Positions 1-8,477 of a stretch of DNA of 64,000 nucleotides are shown piece after piece. How positions within the stretch are numbered: position 1 is the stretch's first letter; each line of letters opens with the position of its first letter. Source of the stretch: Bacillota bacterium (lineage in GTDB: Bacteria; Bacillota; Clostridia; Acetivibrionales; JANLFN01). Where the stretch lies: the NCBI GenBank assembly GCA_023397675.1, contig JAEWTV010000128.1, positions 76,900 through 140,899 on the forward strand, written 5' to 3'. The notes under the pieces are model-generated. The model was not told the DNA's origin and ran no database searches. It saw only the letters and a list, made by a program, of their open reading frames with translations. The translations under genes were made by a program, and so were the position numbers.

Positions 1-507
1 GGAAGAGTTGATTTCAGGGAGCTTGTTAAAGACCTTGCTGCTGTGTTCAAAACAAGAATAGAGCTAAGGCAGATAGGTGTAAGAGATGAGTCCAAAATGA
101 TGGGCGGAATAGGAATCTGCGGCAGAGCTTTGTGCTGTAAGTCTTTCCTGGGAGAGTTCCAGCCTGTATCAATCAAAATGGCAAAGGAACAAGGACTGTC
201 CCTCAATCCCACAAAAATATCCGGAAACTGCGGAAGGCTTATGTGCTGCCTCAAATATGAAGAGGATGCCTATGAAGAGATACTTTCCAGGGTTCCAAAG
301 GTTGGCGCTATAGTTGAAACTCCTGAAGGTCAGGGAACAGTTATGGATATCAACCTTCTTAAAGAACTTTTGAAGGTTAAGATGGATAAAGCAAATGAAA
401 CGGACTTAAAGGTTTATAAGGCTGACGAAGTCAAAGTTATTAAAGATGTTGCAGGCGATGAAGAAGCCGATTTAGATATGGAAGTTTTAAAACAACTTGA
501 GGACTAA
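1..507 (+). CDS. ricT: PSP1/YaaT (RicT) family protein, C-terminal part; the 5' end lies outside the window
   Basis: Frame 1 is open from base 1 (..VDFRELVKDLAAVFKTRIELRQIG..). Cys-rich PSP1 signature GICGRALCCKSFL..GNCGRLMCCLKYE. Synteny with yabB/rsmI/abrB. Confidence 0.85.
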   Translation, partial: GRVDFRELVKDLAAVFKTRIELRQIGVRDESKMMGGIGICGRALCCKSFLGEFQPVSIKMAKEQGLSLNPTKISGNCGRLMCCLKYEEDAYEEILSRVPKVGAIVETPEGQGTVMDINLLKELLKVKMDKANETDLKVYKADEVKVIKDVAGDEEADLDMEVLKQLED

Positions 508-660
508 GACTTATAATTCTTTTAGTGTTTGGTAACCAACTTTTTTTATAAAAATAGTTTTCAATCTGTAACTTTGGTGGTAAAATAGTAAGGTCATGAA
601 AGACATGCTATAAAAAGGTATTTTCTTGACATACGAGAAATTTAAGGAGGTGTTCCTGGT

Positions 661-831
661 ATGGCATATTTTATTACAGAGGCTTGTATCAGCTGTGGTG
701 CTTGTGAATCAGAGTGTCCTGTATCATGTATTTCCGCAGGAGACAGCGTATATGTTATAGATGCTGATGCTTGCATAGAGTGTGGGGCTTGCGCAAATGT
801 TTGTCCTGTAGATGCTCCTCAGCAGCAGTAA
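661..831 (+). CDS. fdx: 2x[4Fe-4S] clostridial-type ferredoxin (56 aa), missing from the ORF track
   Basis: MAYFITEACISCGACESECPVSCISAGDSVYVIDADACIECGACANVCPVDAPQQQ has two CxxCxxCxxxCP motifs. AAGGAGG lies 9 nt upstream of the ATG, and a terminator follows. Confidence 0.9.
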   Translation: MAYFITEACISCGACESECPVSCISAGDSVYVIDADACIECGACANVCPVDAPQQQ

Positions 832-843
832 TTTTGAATAAAT

Positions 844-876
844 GGGTCGAAGGTATAAACTTTCGACCCTTTATTT
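844..876 (+). terminator. Intrinsic terminator after the ferredoxin gene
   Basis: GGGTCGAA (844-851) pairs with TTCGACCC (862-869), followed by TTTATTT. Confidence 0.7.
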
Positions 877-882
877 ATGTCT

Positions 883-1091
883 AAACGTGTGATATGCTTC
901 GCATTACGGCGTTAAACTTCATGCCTGCGGTGCTCATGTATAAAAATACACTACGCTCCTCGGCAATCGTTTTCCTTGTACTGCTTGCATCTGACACGTT
1001 TAAAGAAAAGGTTATATACTTTGCATTTTGGTATCAGATGAAAAGCGTGATAAACTTCGTCTTCCTTGTAATACTCGTTTCTGACGCTTTT
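883..1091. other. Two paralogous hairpin elements, long 883-1001 and short 1041-1091, of unknown function
   Basis: The 15-nt arms AAACGTGTGATATGC/GCATCTGACACGTTT and AAAAGCGTGATAAAC/GTTTCTGACGCTTTT each pair at 13/15 positions. Both have the same two mismatch positions, and compensatory substitutions separate the two copies. They share the loop core CGTYTTCCTTGTA. Confidence 0.45.
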
Positions 1092-1134
1092 CTATTACAA
1101 TGGGAATTATACTAAAAAAGTAAAAGGTATTTGC

Positions 1135-1893
1135 GTGAATATAGATATTTTAGAAAATGAGCGAATAGACGATTTGCAATATAAGGGTTTAAGACTGATT
1201 CAGAAGGTTGATGGTTTCTGCTTTGGGGTGGATGCTGTGCTTCTGGCTAATTATGCCGACATAAAGCCTGGTGATCAGGTGATTGATCTTGGGACGGGTA
1301 CAGGAATAATACCTGTTCTCCTTGCAGGAAAGACTGAAGCAGGAAAGATTATAGGACTTGAGATTCAGCAAGACATGGCGCAAATGGCGGCAAGAAGCGT
1401 AAAGCTTAATGATTTACAGCAGCGGGTGCAAATAGTAAACGGTGATATTAAAAACAGTGTTGAAATATTCGGGGCATCTAAATTTGATGCAGTACTTACA
1501 AACCCGCCTTATATGCAAACAAACGGCGGACTTGTAAATCCTTCCGATACAAAAGCAATATCAAGACATGAAATACTCTGTACACTCGAGGATATTATAA
1601 GAGCAAGCAGTAAGCTTCTAAAACCCGGTGGAAGGTTCCATATGATACACAGACCTGAAAGGCTTGTTGATATAATTTTTCTTATGAGAACCTTTGGAAT
1701 TGAACCTAAATATATAAGGCTTGTACACCCTTCGCCATATAAAAGGGCAAACCTTCTTTTAATAAAAGGCACAAGGGGAGGAAATCCACAGTTAAAAATG
1801 GATCCGCCTTTGTATGTTTATGATGAAAATGGAAACTATTCAGATGAAATAAATAAAATATATAGCCGGCAGGCCATTGATAAAGGATGCTAG
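1135..1893 (+). CDS. SAM-dependent methyltransferase, YabB / tRNA1(Val) m6A37 methyltransferase-like
   Basis: SAM-binding motif VIDLGTGTGI and N6-adenine MTase motif TNPPYM. It occupies the position of B. subtilis yabB upstream of rsmI. GTG start. Confidence 0.85.
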   Translation: MNIDILENERIDDLQYKGLRLIQKVDGFCFGVDAVLLANYADIKPGDQVIDLGTGTGIIPVLLAGKTEAGKIIGLEIQQDMAQMAARSVKLNDLQQRVQIVNGDIKNSVEIFGASKFDAVLTNPPYMQTNGGLVNPSDTKAISRHEILCTLEDIIRASSKLLKPGGRFHMIHRPERLVDIIFLMRTFGIEPKYIRLVHPSPYKRANLLLIKGTRGGNPQLKMDPPLYVYDENGNYSDEINKIYSRQAIDKGC

Positions 1894-2824
1894 CGATGGA
1901 AGTGGAATTTTGAAAAAAGAAGAAAAAAATCTGCAAGAAAATATTAAACAAAAACAGAATCCAGAGGATATTAAAAGCCCGGGAACCTTGTATTTGGTAG
2001 CAACACCTATTGGAAACCTCGGTGATATTACGCTTAGAGCAATTGAAACGCTTAAAATTGTTGACGTAATTGCTGCAGAAGATACAAGGCAAACTCTTAA
2101 GCTGCTTAACCACTTTGAGATAAAGAAGCCCCTTGTCAGTTATTATGAGCATAATAAGAACATCAAGGGCGGATATATCTTAAAAATGCTTTCAGAAGGC
2201 AAAAATGTTGCCCTTGTATCTGATGCAGGTTCGCCTGGTATTTCAGACCCCGGGGAAGATATGGTTAAACTGGCTGTTGAAAATGGAATTAATGTTACCA
2301 TGGTACCTGGAGCGGTTGCTGCTGTCACAGGTCTGGTCCTTTCAGGGCTGGCAACAGGTCGGTTTGTATTTGAAGGTTTTTTGCCTATGAATAAACGGGC
2401 CAGGAAGGAAAGAATCAATTTTCTTGTGGACGAAGTACGTACAATTATTCTGTATGAGGCTCCACACAAGCTCATTTATACTTTAAAAGAACTGTTACAG
2501 ATACTTGGTGATAGAAATATAGCACTTGCCCGTGAACTTACAAAGCGCTATGAGCAGATAATAAGATGCAAGCTTTTAGAAGCCGTCGAAATGTATACGA
2601 ATGAGCCACCAAGGGGCGAATATGTCATTATAATCGAGGGTATCCCTGAACAATCACTCATTTTGGAAAAGAGACATGAATGGGATGAGATGAGTACTGA
2701 GGAACACGTACAACTTTATATTAACCAGGGAATGGACAAAAAAAGCGCAATTAAACAGGCTGCTCAAGACAGGGGAGTAAGCAGAAGGGATGTTTATAAC
2801 AGCCTTCTTGATAAAAACGAATAA
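1877..2824 (+). CDS. rsmI: 16S rRNA (cytidine1402-2'-O)-methyltransferase RsmI
   Basis: Tetrapyrrole-methylase-fold N-terminus GTLYLVATPIGNLGDITLRAIETLK..AEDTR. The exact start is uncertain (36-aa Lys/Glu-rich leader; 17-nt overlap with the upstream gene). Confidence 0.9.
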   Translation: MIKDASDGSGILKKEEKNLQENIKQKQNPEDIKSPGTLYLVATPIGNLGDITLRAIETLKIVDVIAAEDTRQTLKLLNHFEIKKPLVSYYEHNKNIKGGYILKMLSEGKNVALVSDAGSPGISDPGEDMVKLAVENGINVTMVPGAVAAVTGLVLSGLATGRFVFEGFLPMNKRARKERINFLVDEVRTIILYEAPHKLIYTLKELLQILGDRNIALARELTKRYEQIIRCKLLEAVEMYTNEPPRGEYVIIIEGIPEQSLILEKRHEWDEMSTEEHVQLYINQGMDKKSAIKQAAQDRGVSRRDVYNSLLDKNE

Positions 2825-2835
2825 AAAAGGACAGC

Positions 2836-2863
2836 AAAAAGGGGGATTAAAATCCCCCTTTTT
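2836..2863. terminator. Bidirectional intrinsic terminator between convergent rsmI and abrB
   Basis: AAAAA-GGGGGATT/AATCCCCC-TTTTT, with an A-run on one side and a T-run on the other. Confidence 0.7.
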
Positions 2864-2878
2864 AATGATTGTTTCCAA

Positions 2879-3118
2879 TTATTTTTTTAGTTCTCTCATA
2901 CACTCAGGACATATATTTTTTCCCTTATAAACATTTACGTCCTTAGCGTTGCCACAGAAGATGCAAGCTGGCTCATACTTTTTGAGAATGATTGTATTAC
3001 CATCAACGTAGATTTCCAAAGCATCCTTTTCAGCGATATCAAGTGTACGTCTAAGTTCTATTGGCAGTACAACTCTGCCAAGTTCATCAACCTTTCTTAC
3101 AATTCCAGTAGATTTCAT
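2879..3118 (-). CDS. abrB: Transition-state regulator AbrB (SpoVT/AbrB swapped-hairpin domain) with a CxxC..CxxC C-terminal tail
   Basis: MKSTGIVRKVDELGRVVLPIELRRTLDI.. is the canonical AbrB N-terminus. GGGAGG lies 7 nt upstream of the ATG at 3118. The track ORF (TTG 3193) is over-extended. Confidence 0.9.
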   Translation of the reverse strand: MKSTGIVRKVDELGRVVLPIELRRTLDIAEKDALEIYVDGNTIILKKYEPACIFCGNAKDVNVYKGKNICPECMRELKK

Positions 3119-3143
3119 AATAAACCTCCCTACATTTACAGTA

Positions 3144-3150
3144 TTCGACA
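3144..3150 (-). promoter_or_regulatory. Candidate Spo0A box (TGTCGAA on the abrB strand) in the abrB 5' leader
   Basis: Exact 0A-box heptamer TGTCGAA (plus strand TTCGACA) about 20 nt upstream of the abrB RBS. Confidence 0.45.
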
Positions 3151-3283
3151 TTTCTTTTTTTAATATAGTACCATATATGCCAATAAACGTCAACGATAAA
3201 ATGAAAGTTTTTTCAAAAAAATGTTATGGTAATTTATAGAAAACTCATTTTGGCAAGCTTTGTAAATATTGAAATATCGGCCT

Positions 3284-3290
3284 TTCGACA
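3284..3290 (-). promoter_or_regulatory. Candidate Spo0A box
   Basis: Exact TGTCGAA on the minus strand in the abrB/spmA divergent intergenic region. Confidence 0.35.
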
Positions 3291-3384
3291 AACACGAATT
3301 TTAGGCAAAAATTTACATGGTACTCTCGGTACCGCTAGAATCAGGCCTTTGAGGGTATTTTTGCATCCAAATAGAAGAAATAAA

Positions 3385-3401
3385 TTCGACACATATCGAC
3401 A
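3385..3401 (-). promoter_or_regulatory. Tandem candidate Spo0A boxes (TGTCGAA + TGTCGAT)
   Basis: Plus strand reads TTCGACAcatATCGACA, i.e. two 0A-like heptamers 10 bp apart, just upstream of a TATAAT at 3417-3422. Confidence 0.35.
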
Positions 3402-3502
3402 AGCACTTTGGTAGTGTATAATTTCCAATTTTTAATTATTGAATAGCCTAAAGAATGTCCTCATATATATTATTAAAAATTCTTTTAAGGATTATTATCA
3501 AA

Positions 3503-4093
3503 ATGCTAAATTATATATGGTTCGGACTGCTTGTTTTAGGCTTTACAGTTGGTGCAATGAACGGAAAACTTGATGAGGTTACACATGCGGCTATAAGTGC
3601 AGCAGGAATTGCGGTGGAATTGTGCATAGGCCTTCTCGGCGTGATGTGCCTTTGGACCGGCTTGATGGCAATAGCAGATAAAAGCGGACTTGTAAGATTT
3701 ATAGCAAAATTGGTTCGGCCTGTTATGAGGCTTCTTTTTTCGGAAATTCCAAAAGGTCATCCGGCTTTGGGAGCTATTGTGATGAATCTTGTGGCAAATT
3801 TTTTCGGGTTGGGAAATGCGGCTACTCCACTTGGAATAAAGGCAATGGGAGAGCTACAGAAAATTAATAAGAATAAAAACACTGCCACCAATTCAATGAG
3901 TATGTTCCTTGTGCTTAATACAGCTGCTTTCCAACTGGTTCCTGCAACTATTATTGCTCTTAGAACGTCGGCAGGTTCATCAAACCCTACTGATATAATC
4001 GTTCCAATATGGATTGCATCGCTGTGCGCAACCGTTGTGGGGGTAATTGCCGCGAAGCTAATGGCAGCTGCAACACCAAACAAACTGAGGTAG
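3503..4093 (+). CDS. spmA: Spore maturation protein A (nucleoside-recognition/Gate domain membrane protein)
   Basis: MLNYIWFGLLVLG.. is polytopic and similar to SpmA, and it is paired with spmB immediately downstream. ATG 3503 is preferred over the track start. Confidence 0.8.
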   Translation: MLNYIWFGLLVLGFTVGAMNGKLDEVTHAAISAAGIAVELCIGLLGVMCLWTGLMAIADKSGLVRFIAKLVRPVMRLLFSEIPKGHPALGAIVMNLVANFFGLGNAATPLGIKAMGELQKINKNKNTATNSMSMFLVLNTAAFQLVPATIIALRTSAGSSNPTDIIVPIWIASLCATVVGVIAAKLMAAATPNKLR

Positions 4094-4096
4094 ATA

Positions 4097-4633
4097 ATGG
4101 AGCTTTTCAAATCAATTTCCGTATATGCTATACCTGCAATATTTCTAATAATCCTTATTGCAGGTATCTATAAAAATGTGAAGGTATATGATGTTTTTGT
4201 TGAAGGTGCCAAGGAAGGTATTTCAACAGTTATCAGAATTCTGCCGTCCCTAGTGGGGCTGTTGGTAGCTGTGGCAGTGTTCAGAGCTTCAGGTGCTCTT
4301 GATTTGATTGTCTATGCACTAAAGCCACTTGCGTCCCTGTTGTCAATTCCATCAGATGTTGTTCCCCTTGCTATTTTAAGGCCTGTTTCTGGAAGCGCTT
4401 CTCTGGCTTTGGTATCTGATATTATAAAGACCAATGGCCCCGATTCTTTTGTTGGAAGACTTGCATCAGTAATGATGGGCTCCACTGAAACTATTTTTTA
4501 TACGCTAGCCGTTTACTTTGGTTCAGTAGGTATTAAAAATATAAGATACACACTGGTTGCTGCACTTATTGCCGACCTGACAAGTGTAATTGCATCGGTG
4601 TGGGCATGTACACTGTTTTTCGGCAGAGGATGA
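4097..4633 (+). CDS. spmB: Spore maturation protein B
   Basis: 178-aa membrane protein starting 4 nt after spmA, the typical spmAB pair. Confidence 0.8.
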   Translation: MELFKSISVYAIPAIFLIILIAGIYKNVKVYDVFVEGAKEGISTVIRILPSLVGLLVAVAVFRASGALDLIVYALKPLASLLSIPSDVVPLAILRPVSGSASLALVSDIIKTNGPDSFVGRLASVMMGSTETIFYTLAVYFGSVGIKNIRYTLVAALIADLTSVIASVWACTLFFGRG

Positions 4634-4764
4634 AAGCTTAAGTTTATATTTCTGCTTGAAAAAAGTATTTCGAATCTGTATAGTTATAATTATTAACAGG
4701 GAATAACAAATGTGATGTTTGTATCACTTTGATATAGTTGAAAACATGTTCAGGAGGCAATAGG

Positions 4765-6735
4765 ATGAGCGGCAAGAAGTTTTATATTACTACACCGATA
4801 TATTATCCAAGCGATAAACTACATATAGGTCATTCGTATACTACCGTTGCGGCAGATGCAATGGCAAGGTACAAAAGGCTCAAGGGTTATGACGTAATGT
4901 TTTTGACCGGAACCGATGAGCATGGTCAAAAAATACAAAGAAAAGCAGAACAGCGTGGTATTACTCCAAAACAGTATGTTGATGAAATTGTAGACGGTAT
5001 AAAAAAGCTTTGGAAGCTTATGAAGATAACAAATGACAAGTTCATACGTACAACTGATAAATTTCATGAAGATGCTATACAAAAAATATTTAAGAAGCTT
5101 TATGATCAGGGGGATATATATAAGGGTGCTTATGAGGGCTGGTACTGTACACCATGTGAATCCTTCTGGACAAAGACTCAGCTTGTAGACGGGAAATGCC
5201 CCGATTGTGGTTGTGATGTTGAGCTTACAAAAGAAGAAAGCTACTTTTTCAAGCTGTCCAAGTATCAGGACAAGCTCATAGAGTATATAGAAAGCCACCC
5301 TGATTTTATACAGCCGGTTTCAAGAAAGAATGAGATGATAAATAATTTTCTTAAACCAGGTCTTGAAGATCTTTGTGTTTCTAGGACAACCTTCAATTGG
5401 GGTATTCCGGTTTCGTTTGATGAAAAACATGTAGTATATGTATGGATTGATGCTCTTTCCAACTACATTACTGCACAGGGGTATCTTTCTGAAGATGATT
5501 CGGATTATAGAAAATTCTGGCCGGCAGATGTACAGCTTGTGGGAAAGGAAATTGTACGTTTTCACACTATCATTTGGCCTGCAATGCTTATGGCCCTCGA
5601 TGAGCCTATGCCCAAGCAGGTATACGGACATGGCTGGCTGCTTCTTGAAGGCGGTAAAATGTCAAAATCAAAGGGAAATGTTGTTGATCCGGTAATTCTT
5701 GTAGAAAAATACGGTCTTGATGCAATAAGGTACTTCCTTTTGAGAGAAGTGCCCTTCGGTTCAGATGGAGTGTTCTCAAATGAGGCTTTAATAAACAGGA
5801 TAAATTCTGACCTTGCCAACGATCTTGGAAATTTGGTGAGCAGGACTGTTGCAATGGTTGATAAATATTTCGGAGGTACAATTCCACAGGATAAAATAGC
5901 TGGTGATTTTGATGATGACCTTAAGAAAATGGTAATGGAGACACCATCTAAAGTAGATGAACTGATGGATAAGCTTCAGTTCAGCATGGCACTTACAGAA
6001 ATATGGAAAGTAATATCCAGGGTTAATAAGTATATAGATGAAACAATGCCGTGGGTTCTTGCAAAGGATGAAGCAAACCTCCCAAGGCTTGCAGCTGTAA
6101 TGTATAACCTTGTAGAAAGCATAAGAATTATATCAATATTAATTCAGCCCTTTATGCCTGAAACACCAGAAAAAATATGGGCTCAGCTGGGTTTGGACAA
6201 ATATCCCGAAGTTCTTAAGTGGGAAAGCACCGAAAAGTGGGGCGGTTATCCTGAAGGTGCTTCGGTAAGTAAAGGTGAAGTTATTTTCCCAAGGATAGAT
6301 ATAAAAAAGGAGCTTGAAGAGATAGAAAAGCTTACTGCCAATGCAGCCGCAAAGGAAAAGACTACAGAAAAGAATGTTAATGCAGCGCAAAAGAATGAGA
6401 CAAAAGCAGAAGGCATCATAACAATAGAAGATTTTGCAAAACTGGATCTTAGGGTCGCTAAGGTACTTGAGGCTGAAAAAGTTGAAGGTTCAGACAAGCT
6501 TCTTAAATTGCAGCTTGAACTTGGGGACGAAAGACGTCAGGTTGTTTCCGGTATAGCAAAATATTATGCTCCACAGGATATTATAGGAAAGAGCGTATTA
6601 ATGGTTGCCAATTTAAAACCTGTAAAGCTTAAGGGAATAGAGTCACAAGGCATGATACTCGCAGCTTCCAATGGAGACGAACTTGTACTTGCAACTGTTG
6701 ACGGTAGCATAAACAGCGGCAGCAAGGTTAGTTAG
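4765..6735 (+). CDS. metG: Methionine--tRNA ligase with a C-terminal tRNA-binding (EMAP/Trbp111-like) domain
   Basis: Class I signatures P-S-D-K-L-HIGH and KMSKS, plus a CxxC..CxxC zinc knuckle. AGGAGG lies 8 nt upstream of ATG 4765. Confidence 0.95.
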   Translation: MSGKKFYITTPIYYPSDKLHIGHSYTTVAADAMARYKRLKGYDVMFLTGTDEHGQKIQRKAEQRGITPKQYVDEIVDGIKKLWKLMKITNDKFIRTTDKFHEDAIQKIFKKLYDQGDIYKGAYEGWYCTPCESFWTKTQLVDGKCPDCGCDVELTKEESYFFKLSKYQDKLIEYIESHPDFIQPVSRKNEMINNFLKPGLEDLCVSRTTFNWGIPVSFDEKHVVYVWIDALSNYITAQGYLSEDDSDYRKFWPADVQLVGKEIVRFHTIIWPAMLMALDEPMPKQVYGHGWLLLEGGKMSKSKGNVVDPVILVEKYGLDAIRYFLLREVPFGSDGVFSNEALINRINSDLANDLGNLVSRTVAMVDKYFGGTIPQDKIAGDFDDDLKKMVMETPSKVDELMDKLQFSMALTEIWKVISRVNKYIDETMPWVLAKDEANLPRLAAVMYNLVESIRIISILIQPFMPETPEKIWAQLGLDKYPEVLKWESTEKWGGYPEGASVSKGEVIFPRIDIKKELEEIEKLTANAAAKEKTTEKNVNAAQKNETKAEGIITIEDFAKLDLRVAKVLEAEKVEGSDKLLKLQLELGDERRQVVSGIAKYYAPQDIIGKSVLMVANLKPVKLKGIESQGMILAASNGDELVLATVDGSINSGSKVS

Positions 6736-6753
6736 AATATCGGCAAAGAGGAT

Positions 6754-7533
6754 ATGGAGTTAAAAATGCTTTTTGATTCACACGCACATTATGATGATGA
6801 TAAATTTAATCAGGACAAGCAGGATGTTATAGAAAAGGTCAGACAATCAGGGGTAGCCTACATTGTAAATGCAGCATCAAATATACCTTCTTCAATAGAC
6901 AGTATAGCCCTTGCGCAAGAGTATGAATTTATTTATGCTGCGGTTGGGGTACATCCTCAGGACGTTGAGGGTATGAATGATAATGTCATATCAATGCTTG
7001 CAGATTTTGCCCAGAGCCCTAAGGTAGTGGCGATTGGTGAGATTGGTTTGGACTACCATTATGATGATGTCCCAAAACCGATCCAAAAGCATTGGTTTGC
7101 TAGACAGATTTCATTGGCCAGAGAGTTAAAATTGCCTGTAATAATACATGACAGGGAATCGCATGAGGATATACTTAAAATAGTCAAAAATGAAAAGGCC
7201 AGTGAGGTAGGAGGCGTCTTCCACTGTTTTTCGGGCAGTGTCGAGATGGCTCGGGAAGTATTGGATAATAATTTCTATATATCAGTTGGGGGAGTCGTAA
7301 CTTTTAAAAATGCAAAAAAAATAGTTGACGTAATCAGGATTGTACCGTCTGACAGGCTTCTTATTGAAACAGACAGCCCGTACCTCGCACCGGAACCTTT
7401 CAGAGGGACGCGTAACGACTCCAGCTATATTAGGTACACAGCGATGAAAATAGCTGAAATACGGGAAGATTCTTTTGAAAATATAGCACGTGTCACATGT
7501 GAAAATGCAAAAAGACTTTTCGGTATAGATTAG
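6754..7533 (+). CDS. tatD: TatD family metal-dependent hydrolase (YabD)
   Basis: N-terminal FDSHAHY, then GEIGLDYHY, HDRES and ETDSPYL motifs. Conserved position after metG. Confidence 0.9.
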   Translation: MELKMLFDSHAHYDDDKFNQDKQDVIEKVRQSGVAYIVNAASNIPSSIDSIALAQEYEFIYAAVGVHPQDVEGMNDNVISMLADFAQSPKVVAIGEIGLDYHYDDVPKPIQKHWFARQISLARELKLPVIIHDRESHEDILKIVKNEKASEVGGVFHCFSGSVEMAREVLDNNFYISVGGVVTFKNAKKIVDVIRIVPSDRLLIETDSPYLAPEPFRGTRNDSSYIRYTAMKIAEIREDSFENIARVTCENAKRLFGID

Positions 7534-7563
7534 ATTCCTTAAGCAAATGATTGGGGGTTGTAT

Positions 7564-8265
7564 ATGAAAAAGTTTATTCTTGTGATGGTTTGCGTCATAG
7601 TGCTTGCAATTTTTATTGCACTTAACTATCTGCTCTGGGACAGGGATAATAAAATTCAGAATTTTCAGGACCTCAACTCAAGTAAGAGCGTTAGCATTGA
7701 TGCACTTACTGACAAAATTAAAAACCTTGATGAAACTGTAAGACAGCTTAACTCAACAGTAGATAGCTTGCAATCAAAGAACAAGGAATTATTTGATTCG
7801 AGCGCAGCTCTTAGTTTGGATAAAGCAAAACTTCAGTCTCAAATTCAGAATTTAAATGCAGCAATATCAAGACTAAAACTCTCGGCAAACCTTGATGCTC
7901 TTCAGAACAATATAAAAAAATGGGCTGATGGCTTGGACAAGGGACAATATGACATATCCTACAGGCTCATGGATATTGAATCTGTGAACATTGATAACTT
8001 TAAAAGTATGGATGGTTTCAGCAGCTACTTTAAAAATAATATAAAAAGTATAAAGCTAAAGTCCTTAAAGCTAGTCGTCGATGAACTTCCTGCAGATAAG
8101 GTCAACAATATTATTTACAAAACAACCTTTGATATTAAGAAGGCTGATATGGCTGATGCTACAGACCAATTCTTTACGGACGGTCAAAGCACAATGTATA
8201 TAACGATAAGCTTTAACGTTAAGAAAAACGACTGGGTAATCACATCTATGACTACAACTCTCTAA
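7564..8265 (+). CDS. Hypothetical N-terminally membrane-anchored coiled-coil protein
   Basis: MKKFILVMVCVIVLAIFIALNYLLW forms the anchor, followed by heptad-like Q/L/N-rich sequence. A terminator lies downstream. No family recognised. Confidence 0.6.
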   Translation: MKKFILVMVCVIVLAIFIALNYLLWDRDNKIQNFQDLNSSKSVSIDALTDKIKNLDETVRQLNSTVDSLQSKNKELFDSSAALSLDKAKLQSQIQNLNAAISRLKLSANLDALQNNIKKWADGLDKGQYDISYRLMDIESVNIDNFKSMDGFSSYFKNNIKSIKLKSLKLVVDELPADKVNNIIYKTTFDIKKADMADATDQFFTDGQSTMYITISFNVKKNDWVITSMTTTL

Positions 8266-8279
8266 TTAGCCGCAGTTAA

Positions 8280-8306
8280 GGCACACCATATCGGTGTGCC
8301 TTTTTT
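8280..8306 (+). terminator. Intrinsic terminator
   Basis: GGCACACC/GGTGTGCC stem followed by TTTTTT. Confidence 0.8.
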
Positions 8307-8477
8307 GTATAAAAGGTAGTAATTAACATAATTATCACACTATTTATATGCACTCATATAATGATATTGTAGCAAATCAATATTACAAGCAGAATTGAAT
8401 GTTTACATAATCCGTACTGACAACTTGAAAAACACGGGTTGTTTCAATTCAGTTTGGTTTAATTGGAGGGATTTAAT

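Noticed and set aside
883-1091. The GTGATA...CTGA cores as a C/D-box or k-turn motif.
   Set aside because: The bulged strand lacks the required tandem G-A/A-G arrangement: after a 3-nt bulge it reads UGAUA rather than GA. The geometry therefore does not fit a k-turn.
894-1115. 73-aa hydrophobic ORF with an internal repeat (IVFLVLLASDTF / FVFLVILVSDAF) as a possible small membrane protein or type I toxin.
   Set aside because: No Shine-Dalgarno lies upstream of ATG 894. The peptide repeat simply mirrors the duplicated DNA element, whose arms show compensatory pairing, which points to structure rather than coding. It cannot be fully excluded without expression data.
3226-3428. ORFs 3226-3414 (+) and 3234-3428 (-) in the abrB/spmA intergenic region.
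   Set aside because: They overlap each other on opposite strands, lack an RBS, and lie in an AT-rich promoter region with Spo0A-box-like sites. They are most likely non-coding.
4634-4764. T-box leaders upstream of metG (also argS at 33290-33794, ilvD and ilvB).
   Set aside because: The intergenic spaces before metG and argS are too short or are occupied by coding sequence. No T-box consensus or specifier-loop architecture was seen in any of these leaders.
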